DNA of 64,000 bases from Geosiphon pyriformis uo1 (taxonomy: Eukaryota > Fungi > Glomeromycota). The notes below the pieces were generated by a model, which saw only the letters and a program-made list of their open reading frames with translations, searched no databases and had not been told where the DNA came from. A program made the position numbers and the translations under genes. This document shows positions 39,368 through 51,867 of this stretch, piece by piece. Positions within the stretch are counted from its first letter, which is position 1; every line of letters starts with the position of its first letter. The DNA is taken from assembly GCA_016748015.1 (NCBI GenBank), contig JAAOMT010000620.1, forward strand, positions 551,684 through 615,683, in the 5' to 3' direction.

Positions 39368-40328
39368 TGTTACCAGTAGAATTTTAGCTATTAATTAGCA
39401 TGAAATTACCCTTATAATTCCTATAATTAATTAGTATATTAATATCATTTCAAATTATCATTTATTATTTAATCAATTATCACATATCACGATTCAATTA
39501 AAATAGTCTAATTAGAATAACAGAAAGTAGGATGATCAAATTACACAATACTCTGAACTTAGTAACATTCTAAAATTCGCCGAAATTTACAGAAATCCAC
39601 CGAAATTATGAATAGTTCACCCAAATTGATCAATAGTTCAGCAAAATAACTTGTAGTTCATCAAAATGTATCTTTAGTTTGCCAAAATTTGAGCAAAGAG
39701 AAAAAATGCAAGTTCATAGACTAGTACTACAACAAGTTGTATAAAAAAAGAGCTTTTCTCTTCAAAAAAATATATCTTACTTTAGATTTATCACTTAAAA
39801 CCATTTCTACACACACAAAAAGAAATAAATATCAAATAATTTGAAAAAACCAAATTCTTTAATTATTGCACTTGGAAAATCCCCAAAACCCAACTAATGT
39901 TTTGAAATTAATTAGCTACCAATTTCAGTAAACTGTTAGTAACTCCAGGCCTGGATAAAAAACGTTTCCCTTAATAAAATCCTATTTTTTTTACATTTTT
40001 TTTTTTTCTTATTACAATCATTAGAATAGCCTACAGACAAGATTCCTATAGAAGAGTTGACTTTTACAGCAAAATAACTACACATTTTTAGTGAGCTTCC
40101 AGACAAGCAATTCCTGGGAAAGAGTTGATGTTTACTACAACATAACTACATAAAGTAACTGACAAGGAATTGGCCATTTTACTTATAAGCCCAGCAAGTT
40201 CAAATTATAGAAGATAATTTGAAGATAAATTCAGTTATTGGAGGCTCAACTACTTCTAAAAAACGTGAATTTGCAACCAACAGACATTTACAATATTCAA
40301 AAAAAGAGACCAAAAACCTCCGGTAACA
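39368..40328 (+). repeat. 5' LTR (subtype B)
   Basis: TGTTACC...GGTAACA terminal inverted repeat; direct repeat of 49213-50164. Confidence 0.96.
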
Positions 40329-40330
40329 TT

Positions 40331-40343
40331 TGGTGCTCTCCCA
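40331..40343 (+). promoter_or_regulatory. Primer binding site (TGGTGCTCTCCCA)
   Basis: TGG two nt after the LTR; a similar site lies at 59126. Primer tRNA not determined (3' end ...GAGCACCA, compatible with Ile(UAU)- or Thr-type tRNAs). Confidence 0.75.
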
Positions 40344-40373
40344 CGGAAATAACACAGCAACAACAAATTCAAA

Positions 40374-43300
40374 GTGGCGACCACACCAAACACAGCAACT
40401 CTAGAGTATTACCAGTCAATTTACACCCACTGCAAGCAAAGATTCAACATTCCAGACGGAATTGAAGTTGTCAAGAAATCAGTATACCAATACATTGAAA
40501 ACTGCATCAACAATTATCTTTTTGGAAACTACAACATTTCAGAAGTTAAAAGCAACCTCTACAATAATTTAGTGCACTATTCACAATTGGGAACAGAAAA
40601 CCTAAACAGTGAAACACTTGCTACCTACTTCCAAGAACTCAATTTTAACATTATTGAGTATTGTGAAAAAAAATACCCAGTACAGTCTAAATACTCTTTT
40701 GACTTTGAATCAGAGACAGAAACAAGCAACAAAGGCAAACAAAGATTGAAGCAATACTCAAGAACCACTCCAAACACTCCAACACTACAAAAGACAACTG
40801 CCAAACACTTGCAAACACCTGAACAAGGAACCAGTGTCAAATTACCACTTTCTATTACACTATTTCTAATTTCACTTGTTCAACCACAAACACCAAGTTC
40901 ACCACTTAACTGTTTCTCCAGACCAGAAGATTTTCAGTCACCTAAAAATTCTACTCAACAATAGAAACCAATATTAACAAGTGCCAATATCATTGATTAC
41001 TTACAGGAAAACGAAAGTAATCACTCAAAAAGCTTGAAAAGTGAAAAAACTGAATCAGAACCAGAAGAAATTACAGAAAATAAAAAAAAAATGGCAACTG
41101 CTTACATTGCAAAAATCCCAGAATACACTGGTAAAAACAATGATACCAGTCTTCAAGAATGGCTTGACAAAGTTCAAAAAGCAGGAAATGCAAATGGTTG
41201 GATTGCAGCAAGAATGCTTAAAGCAATTTTCTACTTTCTCCAAGAAACAGCAGAAGAATGGTTTGAAAACTTAGAAAAACCATTTGAAAACTGACAAGCA
41301 TTCAAAGATGCTTTTCTACAACAATTCACTGACAACAATACCTCTATCACTCTCAGAAACTGCTTTTGCAATATCAAACAAGAAACATCTGAAACTGTTA
41401 TGACCTATCTTGGAAGATTTAACAAACTTCTCAGACAAATCCGACAATTGGAAACCAATAACTACTATTCTGATGCTCAAATTTTGGATCAGTTTATAGC
41501 AGAGTTAAAAGACAAACTGATTAAGAAAGTCCGCCCACATGCTCCAGCAGACTTAGCAACTGCTATTAGACATGCAAAGAGCTATGAAATGGCAATGGAA
41601 GAAGCAAATCACACCAAGCTTGTAAACCTTGCAATTGAAGAAACCAGCTCAGCAGCTAAAGAGAAGATAGACCAATTCACAAAAAAGGTTGAAAGCTACT
41701 TTACAAACCAACAACCACAAAGATATCAACCCCCACAATGACGCAACCAAAACAATTTTAGATCACCATCCAACAACCAACCTCAAAATTGTCATTATTG
41801 TGGAATTCCAGGACACTGGAAACAAGATTGTAGGAAATTACAAAGAAACCAACAAAACAGGAGTAATCAACATTACTTTTCATCACAACAATCCTATTAC
41901 CAATCTCTACTATCAGTCTATTATTCACTAAAACCACAAAATCAAAACAGTTACTATTCACCAGCTCCACAACCAATGCAGCAACAATATCAGCAATTTT
42001 ACCCAATTCAGCCATATCAAACACCACCCACTCAACAATATCAAGTACCAGCAAGAAGATTGGTTCAACATAAACAATTCACATCCCAAAATCAACTGCA
42101 GAGTAACCACAACAGAATCAATTCAAATAACCAGTTGGTTTCCCGAAATTCTGGTCAGCAAAGACCCAATCACTATCACACTCAATCCAGTTATCTTACA
42201 ATACCAGAGAAATCGGATTTTCAACAAACTGCACTTTCTGAAGGTGAAGTTGCAGTACTAAGATCAAACCCTTCCAACCACATTATTCCACCAGTTCAAA
42301 TTGCCCAAAATACCAATTTGTCAGATATATTTCCATTTGAATTTGAAGCAAATAAATCACCATTTCTGCTTAGTAATGCAGCAGTCAATAAACAGAAAGC
42401 AATTACTGCTATGTACACAGAAGCTACAGTAAAAGGAAAACTCATTCACTTAATCTTAGATAGTGGATCGGCTGGAAGTATCATCACTTACCAGCTGATG
42501 CAACAACTCAAACAAAATGTAGACAGACCAGCTCAAACAGTTATTGTCACAGCTGATAATATAAAGAAGACTCCAGTAGAAGAAATTGATGATTTCCTCT
42601 TTTCAATTGATAAAATTACCATTCCAGTTAAAGTTCTTGTTATAAATGCATCCTAATACCAAGCCCTAGTCGGAAATAATTGGCTTCTCAAGGCCAAGCA
42701 AACCTACAATATATCATAGTACCTGCAACCTGTAGTATCTTTAACAAATGATCAGAAAAAGCCCCAGTATTTGAATTTGAAGAGAAGAAAGAAATGCCAC
42801 TTACTAAAACCTACATGGCTCTTGGATCAACATCCAATTGGGCTGAAGAAACAAAACAGGAGATTTTTGAAGAATCAAGAGGATGGAAGAAAGTTAGATA
42901 TTCTACACCAGAACCATGGAAACAACCACCCTATATTCCACTTAAATACAAAGATTGCAACAAAAAACTTTCATCAATGGGAGCATGTATTTCTCCAGAA
43001 GAGAAATATGAAACTTGTACCTATTACTTTTGCAAAGCATGTCATAGAGAACGATTTGAATCTCCAAAAAAAAGTAGAAAATGGGACAATACACCTTGCC
43101 TTACATGTGGAAAAATGCTATCAGAAGAATGCAATTGGATTGATGTAGCAATGAGAAGAAGAGTATGTGATCAAACCTGTCAATATGCTCTATCAATTTC
43201 GGAAAAAGTCAGAAGAAGAATACCATTTGATGCAGCATACAACAGTGCTCTCAATAAACTTTACCACTACCCTCATAATGCCGAAATAATTTTTGATTTA

Positions 43301-46300
43301 GCAATGGCATTGATCAATGAAGCCACCCAAGAAGATGTCCACCAAATGAAAGAAGTTGAATATATTGAGCATATCATGGAATTAGCTGGATTTGATTATG
43401 AAGATGAAGTAGAAACCTACCACCAAATTGCAAGCCACACATATCCGACCAAAGAAGCTCAAATTCAATGATTAGAGCAAATAAACATTCAATTGTGTAA
43501 AAAATGTGTTATGCCTTATAATGACCAATGGTGTTTAGAATGTTATGCTGTTACCGGAGGTTTTTGGTCTCTTTTTAGCTCTTGTATGTTTGTTGTAATG
43601 CTGTTAATTCACGACTATGAAAAGTGTTTGAACCTCTGATAACTGAATTTTATCTTCAAATTATCTCCTATAATTTGAACTGCTGGGCTTATAAGTGGAA
43701 TGGCCAATTCTGTGCCAGTTGCTTTGTGTAGTTATGTTGTAATAAATGTCAACTCTTTCCCAGGAATTGCTTGTCTGGAAGCTCACTAAAAATATGTAGT
43801 TATTTTGCTGTAAAAGTCAACTTTTTTACAGGAATCTTGTCTGTAGGCTACCCTAATGATTATAATAAGAAAATAAAAAAAAGAAAATAAAAGAAATGTA
43901 AAAGAAATAGAATTCTGTCAAGGAAAACGTTTTCTATTCAGGCCTGAAGTTACTAATAGTTTTACTGAAATTGGTAGCTAATCAATTTCAAAATGTTAGT
44001 TGGGTTTTGGGGATTTTCTAAGTGCAATAATTAAAGAATTTGGTTTTTTCGAATTATTTGATATTTATTTCTTTTTGTGTGTATAGAAATGGTTCTAAGT
44101 AATAAATCTAAAGTAAGATATATTTTCTTGAAGAGAGAAGCTTTTCTTTTATACAACTTGTTGTAACACTATTCCATGGACTTGAACTTTGCTCTTTTCT
44201 ACAATTTCACTGAACTAAAGATACATTTTGGTGAACTACAAGTTATTTCTGCAAACTATTAGATATTTCAGTGAACTATCAATTATTTTGGCAAATTTCT
44301 ACAAATTTCGGCAAACTTTTGAATGTTACATATTTCGGGGTGTTGCATGATTGATCATTGCAATTAGGTTACATTTGTGTTATGTATAAATTGGGTTATT
44401 AATTAAATGATAGTTTCGGACATTTTGCTAATGTAATAAGTGATAATTTGAAATGATAATATATGTTAAATAATGATAGGAATTATAAAAATAATTTCAT
44501 GCTAAATAATATCTTTAATTTCGTCTGGTAACAATGCTCTTAGCATTCCTCTGCCAGATAAAAATAATGAAAATGAAATCGAATTTGGAGTATCTGAACT
44601 AATAGAAAAACTACCAACCACCCCCATCTATCTTTTTGAAAAGCAACCATCTCTACAACTTAAATATTTTGACAATCATGGCCAAAAAATCAGACCAGAA
44701 AAAGCACACAAAATTGATGCTAGATATGATCTAAGATACCCAGGAAAAAATATTTTGGTTCTTCAACCAAAGTCCTTGACAAAAATCAATCTCAAAATTA
44801 CTCTTGAAATTCTACCAGGAGCAATGGTTCAAATTGCCTCCAGATCATCATTGTCAAGCAAAGGAATCAATATTAGAGGAGGAGTTATAGATGCAGAATA
44901 CACTGGAGACATTACCATCATGTTACAAAATGAGACAGACAAACCATTCAAAATTGAACATGCTAAAAAAATTGCTCAAGCAATTTAATTACCCTTAATC
45001 AACATTTTGGGATTACAATTAGTAAACAACAGAGAACAATTGGAAAAAAGTGAAAGAGGAATTCAAGGTTTTGGTTCAACTGGATGATTTACAGTTCCAG
45101 TAAACATAGCTCTTAATACACAAAATGAATCTTACCAGATTCTTCAACTTCTCCAGCCAATTACCATTTCACCTTTTGGAAAACATCACAAAATTTACAC
45201 TTGCTCAAAACCCATCACTACACAACAAATCTTTGAATCCAATGAACAAATCTGTTTGAAGCATGAAATTTCAATTCCAAACGTTTATATTCCCAAAGGA
45301 ATGAAAAAATTTTGAGTTACATTCTACAACCTCAATAATTACCTTATTGTCTTATTAAACAAACTAGAGATTGGAATCATACACAGCAATATTTTTCAAG
45401 ATGAAAACCCTTAAATTGTCTCTAATTTCATCGAAATTGTAAGACACACTCTACTTCCAAATTCAAATATCATTCCCACTACTGAAAACTATCACTTTTT
45501 AGAAGAAAAACTCTCTCAAATTAACATGGGTTCCTTAGAATCTTAACAACAAAGACAATTGAAACAATTGATAGCTGAATTTACAGATATATTTGCAAAA
45601 GACAACAATGACTTGGGAAAAACAGACATTGTTCAACATCAAATCCATACAGAAGATGCTCCACCAAAACATCAACAAGCTTATCGAGTGCCACCTGCCA
45701 GCCACCAATTCATTAGAGAAGAGGTCCAAAGAATGCTCAATAATGGATTGATTCAACCATCAAGAAGTTTTTGGGCCTCACCAGTAGTTTTAGTTAAAAA
45801 GAAAAACGGAAAAATCAGATTCTGTGTTAATTATAGACAACTGAATAGTGTTACAATTGGAGATGCCTATCTTCTTCCAAGAATTGATGACATGCTAGAT
45901 GCTCTAGGAAAAGCCAAGTTTTTCTCAACTTTAGACTTGGAAAGTGAATATTGGCAAGTCAAAATGGACCCAAAAGACTGACCCAAAACAGCATTTACCA
46001 TCCAGGGAGAAAACTATAAGTTTAATGTTATGCCTTTTGGATTCTGCAATGCACCAGCAACATTCCAGTGACTCATGGATGTTGTATATGAAGGACTCTT
46101 GTGGCAATCAGTAGTTGTCTATCTTGATAATACTGATGTATACTCACCAAGCCTTAAAACTCATTTCATTCACCTGCAAGAAGTTTTTCAATAATTATAA
46201 AAAGCAGAATTAAAGTTAAACATTGAGAAATGTCACTTTGGAAAAACAAGCTTGATCTTTCTTGGACACATAGTTAGTAAAGATGGAGTCAAACCAAATT

Positions 46301-46932
46301 CAAGAACAATTAGTGTTGTCAAAAACTTTCAAACTCCCAGAAATACTACAGAACTAAGAGGATTTGTAGGATTAGCCTCTTACTATCGAAAATTCATAAA
46401 AGGATTCTCAAAAATTGCCAAACCACTCAATTATCTTATCAACAAAAATGTACCATACAAATGGACTGAAGAACAACAAAAAGCTTTTAAAACTCTCAAA
46501 ACAAAATTGACAACAGCCCCAGTTCTTGCTTATCCAGACTTCAACAAACAATTCCAATTAGCTACTGATGCTTTACACATAGCATTTGGTGCCATCTTAT
46601 CACAATTAGATAAAAATGACCAGGAACAAGTTATTGTCTATGCCAGCAGAACTCTTAAGCCAACAGAACTCAAATATGGCTCAACTGAATTGGAAGCCAC
46701 TGCAGTCATCTGGGCTCTCAAACACTTTCAACAATACCTGAAGAATGGAAAAGAATTTGACATAATAACTAACAATATTGGCCTCAAATAGCTTAATAAA
46801 AAAAAAACTGAACAAAGTGCCAAACAGTCTCAATGGAATAACTTCCTAGCAGACTACAGATACATTGTACATCACAAACCAGAAAAACTACACACCAATG
46901 TTGATAGCTTTTCAAGAATGAAACAATATTAA
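40374..46932 (+). pseudogene. Polyprotein: N-terminal extension, gag, protease, Cys-rich domain, dUTPase, RT, RNase H
   Basis: Gag ATG at 41091; CHYCGIPGHWKQDC; ILDSGSAGS; dUTPase about 44690-45085; RT WASPVVLV, RFCVNYRQLN, MPFG, VYLDN; RNase H LATDA, ELEA. Interrupted by stops, a small deletion near 42700 and a solo LTR. Confidence 0.93.
43549..44533 (-). mobile_element. Solo LTR (subtype A) inserted antisense into copy 2
   Basis: TSD ATGC at 43545-43548 and 44534-44537; removing the LTR restores ECYALSIPL. Confidence 0.97.
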
Positions 46933-46999
46933 TACCAACATCAACACCAACAAAACACCAACAAACTTAACAGCAAAACAAACAACAAGATCAACAACA

Positions 47000-48332
47000 A
47001 TGGATCCAGAAAACTACAACAACATCAAAAACTATTTGGAGACTCTCACCATGTCGGAAAATTGGTCTCCAAGTGAAAAACATTGATTACAACACCAATT
47101 CAAACAATATTTTATACACCATAACAAAATATATTACAAAAATCATAAAAACCCAAACCAACCACTCAGATTAGTACAGAAAAATGAAAAAGAAACAATT
47201 CTATACAACATGTACACAGATTTTTCTTCAGCACACTTGGGAAGAGATGGAACAATTCAAAAAACTCTTGAACATTATTTTTGGCCTTACATGCAAAAAA
47301 ACATTCGACAATATGTAGAATCTTGTGATAGTTGTCAAAGAAGAAGAAGAACTTGCCCCACAGAACCTTTAAATCCAATCAAAGTTGGACAACCTTTTGA
47401 CAGAGTTGGAATTAATTTAGTTGGACCATTACCTATCACAACCCAAGGAAACCGTTATATTGGTTGCAGTGGATTATCTTACTAAATGGCCTGAAGCTAA
47501 AGTCATTCAAAGAGCAGATGCAAAATCAGTAGCAAATTTCATCTATGAAGACATTATCTGTAGACATGGATGCCCAATTGAACTCTTATCTGATCAAGGA
47601 ACATATTTTGTGAACAACTTGATACAAGAAATTTGTAAATGGTTCAATGTCAAAAAACCTCTATCATTACCTTATTACCCTCAAACAAATAGACTTGTAG
47701 AACATTTCAACAGAACATTGTGTGAATCTCTAGCCAAAGTCTCAACAGACTTTGAGCAGGAATGGGATATCTTTATTCCATTAGTGTTACTAGCATACAG
47801 AATGCTAAAACAAGATACTATAAAACACACACCATTTGATCTTATTTATGGAAGGACAGCAACATTACCAATTAATTTCACAGTGGAAACATACCCAGTG
47901 CAATCAATCAATAAAGAATACTTTCAAGAAACACTCCAAAGAAGAGCCTACACTCTTTTTAGTACACTGAAAGGAAAAAGAAGAATAGCAGCAACTCATA
48001 TTGAACATTCCCAAGCTCAACAAAAAGAAAGACATGACAACAAATTACCACCTATTACCAACGAATTTAAAGTTGGAAATAAAGTTCTCTTACACAGAAC
48101 TAAGACTGAAAAACAATGAAGTGGGAAATTTGAAAACAAATGGGATGGACCATTTTATATTCACGAAATTCTAGGCAATGAATCATACAAGTTAAGACTT
48201 GATGACAAAATACTAGCAAAAGTTGCACATGGAGACAGATTGAAACACTATCATTCCAGAAACAATCTTGAACCATTAATTCCACAAATTGATACACATT
48301 CTCTTTTAATTAATCCTGAAGATATTTCCTGA
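47000..48332 (+). pseudogene. Integrase (H2C2 zinc finger, DDE core, GPF C-terminus; no chromodomain)
   Basis: MDPENY start; AHLG...CDSCQ; GINLVGPL; LSDQG; YYPQTNRLVEHFN; KWDGPFYI. Frameshift near 47460. Confidence 0.92.
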
Positions 48333-48842
48333 AATTTAAAACCAATAATTATAATAGAACAACAACCAAACTTGAACACTTAAATTTTACAATAATTCTC
48401 TAATAAAAACACAAAGACAAAAATAGTAAATAAATTACAAAAACACCCAAACCCAAAAACAAATAAAAACTCCATATCCCAAAAATAATTTTTTTTATTC
48501 TCTCTTTTCATAATTAGTCAATTTTATCATGATTATTCTCCGAAATATTCAACAAATATCCCAAAAGTTAATGTTAGCCTTGAAAACACTTCCTGACTTA
48601 TTCATAATGATTAATAGAAGTTAAATTAATTACATGCAGAAAAAAACCACAGCTCCAGTAGCAAATCATTGACAGAACTATTACTCCTATAGAAGAAAAA
48701 CAAGAAGTCACTCTGAAAATAGATTACCAAGACTTTTGAAGTAAGCACTGGAAGAAAATCTTTTAATTGCTCTTATTGACATTCCACCAAATGCTACAAT
48801 ACAACAAAAACTTCTACTATTTCTCAATAAACAGAACAATAA

Positions 48843-49232
48843 ACACCTATCTATAAATACTTTCACATTGGAAAGACACTTTATAAACAAAAAATAGAAC
48901 TTGAAGCAACAAATCTCATTCCTGAAGCTATACAAAAACAAATCCATAATGAATTCAAAACAGCAGCTAGACCAACAAACACTCACTACAAACTTAGAGC
49001 AGCTTTTAGACTTTATGATTTGTTTAATACTTGTGAAAATGTTCTACAAAATCCAATACTGCAACCAATGAAAATCCAATACATTGGCAAACTCACAGAA
49101 CTGAAATTTCAACAATTTTCAGACCAGATTACTTCAATTATTTTGGATTACTATCTCAATATTACAGATAGTGCTTGGACTTCGACAGAGCTCAGTCTTG
49201 AGGAGGAAATTATGTTATCAGTAGAATTTTAG
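48843..49232 (+). pseudogene. Extra 3' ORF of unknown function (probably extends upstream towards 48530)
   Basis: 129 stop-free codons (TPIYKYFHIGKTLY...AAFRLYDLF...IGKLTELKF...EEEIMLSVEF*) ending inside the 3' LTR. Confidence 0.6.
49200..49209 (+). promoter_or_regulatory. Polypurine tract
   Basis: GAGGAGGAAA three nt before the 3' LTR. Confidence 0.8.
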
Positions 49233-50164
49233 CTATTAATTAGCATGAAATTACCCTTATAATTCCTATAATTAATTAGTATATTAATATCATTTCAAAT
49301 TATCATTTATTATTTAATTAATTATTACATATTACGATTCAATTAAAATAATCTAATTAGTATAACAAAAAGTAGGATAATCAAATTACACAATACTCTG
49401 AACTTAGTAATATTCTAAAATTCGCCGAAATTATGAATAATTCACCCAAATTAATCAATAGTTTGGCGAAATAACTTGTAGTTCATCAAAATGTATCTTT
49501 AGTTTGCTGAAATTTGAGCAAAAAGAAAAAGTCCAAGTTCATAGACTAGTACTATAACAAGTTGTATAAAAGAAGAGCTTTTCTCTTCAAAAAAATGTAT
49601 CTTACTTTAGATTTATCACTTAGAATCATTCTTACATACACAAAAAGAAATAAATATCAAATAATTTAAAAAAACCAAATTTTTTAATTATTGCACTTGG
49701 AAATCCCCAAAACCCAACTAACGTTTTGAAATTGATTAGCTACCAATTTCAGTAAACTGTTAGTGACTCTAGGCCTGGATAGAAAACGTTTCCCTTGATA
49801 AAATCCTATTTCTTTTACATTTCTTTTATTTTTTTTTTCTTTTCTTATTACAATTATTAGGGTAGCCTATAGATGAGATTTCTGTAGAAGAGTTGACTTT
49901 CACAGCAAAGTAACTACACATTTTTAGTGAGCTTCCAGACAAGCAATTCCTGGGAAAAAGTTGACATTTATTACAACGTAACTACATAAAGTAACTGGCA
50001 AAAAATTGGCCATTTTACTTATAAGCCCAGCAAGTTCAAATTATAGAAGATAATTTGAAGATAAATTCAGTTATTGGAGGCTCAACTACTTCTAAAAAAC
50101 GTGAATTTGCAACCAACAGACATTTACAATATTCAAAAAAAGAGACCAAAAACCTTCAGTAACA
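49213..50164 (+). repeat. 3' LTR (subtype B)
   Basis: Direct repeat of the 5' LTR; lacks one 20-bp array unit. Confidence 0.96.
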
Positions 50165-51867
50165 GCACTCAAAAAATTAATAATTAAATTTTGATTCCAA
50201 ATAATCCAAAAATTCGAATTCCAATTGTTTAAATTTACCAAAACCTAAACAATCCAAATTCCACTTCTATTTTTTAGCAAAACTTAATTCCAGTTACTCA
50301 GATCTATTTACTAATTGTACCAATAACTGCTTTTCAATTATTCTAACAACTTTTACCAATGGCATATGCACTTATTACCAAATTAAAAAAATTTACAAGT
50401 GTAGAAAACAATGCTTAAGCATGACTAAATAATGTGACAAAAATTATTACAGCCAACAAATAAGATAACACTAGAGTTTTGCAAGCAATTTTTTATTTCT
50501 TACAAGATATTACCAACTTATAATACTAAAATTTTGTAAACAAATCTCAAGATTTTAATATATTCAAAACTGTGTTTCTATAGTATTTTCAACAATTATA
50601 ATAGTATTAATTAACTGTTAATTAGTTTTACCACAATTAAGTAAGATAATAATAAAGCAGTCATTACTTATTTAGAATACTTCTATAAAAATCTATATCA
50701 AATTCAAGCAATCAATGCTAACTACTTTATAGTATTACAGATCTTAAATCAATTTATTTATAAATTATACAGTAGTTTGTTATAATAAGTACATTCATTA
50801 CATTCAAACATACTTTAAGACACAGTTATTTATATCAAAAATTTTGAATTGGTTAAACTCAAAACCAATTACATTCAAACCATAAATCTAATAATAAATA
50901 GATTATTTAAATTAGATACCAAATTAAAACAATTTGGAAAATCAATCAATCAGAAAATCAAGAAATACTTAGTTAATAATACAGCAATTTATTAATTTTT
51001 TCAATATTGTAATAATTAAAAAAATTCAAATTGGTTTTAGAATCAGTCATGTTTATTATTATTATCATCAAATTAACTATGACAATAAGAGATGTATCTT
51101 TGTTATTACTGTAGTAAACAAGAACATCTAAAAATGAATTATAAGACAAGATTAAATAACCAATAATTAAAAAATTAATATTAAAACCCCAATCACAGAT
51201 TTCAAACCCAAAATTATGTCAATAATTTGTTATTAGAACACTATTAATCCTATTATGTACCAATAATGTCCCAATTAATATATTCATTTTTTATTTATTA
51301 AACTTTAATACTAGTAATTTATCAAGTTTTACAACTATTAGTTATTTATTAATTCCAACAAATTCAAGTATCATTCCAAATTTTAATTTAATTACCAACT
51401 AAAAACCAAAGACCAAAAATTATTTACATCCAACAAAATTGGAGATCAGTAATAATTATGCATTAATCAATTTTCAGTGTATTAAACCAGTTATTAAAAT
51501 TATGTTCAAAAATTTCAGAAAATAAATACACCTAAAACCCAAATTCTTAGAACTATTTAAGTCTTTTGGTAATCTCAAAATCACAATATCTAATTTACTA
51601 GAAATCAACAAATCACTTACTAATAACATTCTATCAATAATTATCACCAAAGATAAATTATTAGTCACTATATTTTTTTTTGAGTTAAAAAACTCAAAAA
51701 ACACATTACTATTTAGTGAAATTGTTTTTGATATTAAATTAATTACTACAATATATATTGAAACCAAAATCAATGGCCAATTTATCAAACTAAGCTTTAA
51801 TAGTAGTTTAATCAGCAATATTATTATATAATAACTCATAAACCAATTAAATTGTTGAATTGATCAC

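Larger units (their letters stand above)
39368..50164 (+). mobile_element. Complete dUTPase-bearing Ty3/Gypsy LTR retrotransposon, copy 2 (inactivated)
   Basis: Two LTRs, TSD GCAC (39364-39367 and 50165-50168), PBS, PPT, and domain order gag-PR-dUTPase-RT-RH-IN. Confidence 0.97.
37790..51867 (+). mobile_element. Older degenerate Gypsy (different LTR family) hosting the 39368-50164 insertion
   Basis: LTR ends ...TAACA at 38629, followed by a decayed PBS (TTTAATGCTTT). The gag relic resumes near 50360, with a protease relic near 51780. Left boundary approximate. Confidence 0.7.

Noticed and set aside
44690-45085. Host or horizontally acquired stand-alone dUTPase gene
   Set aside because: It is in frame within the retrotransposon polyprotein in the recognisable copies.
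48530-49232. env gene
   Set aside because: No visible signal peptide, cleavage site or transmembrane helix; kept as an unknown ORF.
39368-50164. Canonical Neurospora-type CpA RIP as the full explanation
   Set aside because: CpG and TC/CC contexts are also heavily hit and many ACA/TGT sites survive; it cannot be fully excluded without a computed spectrum.
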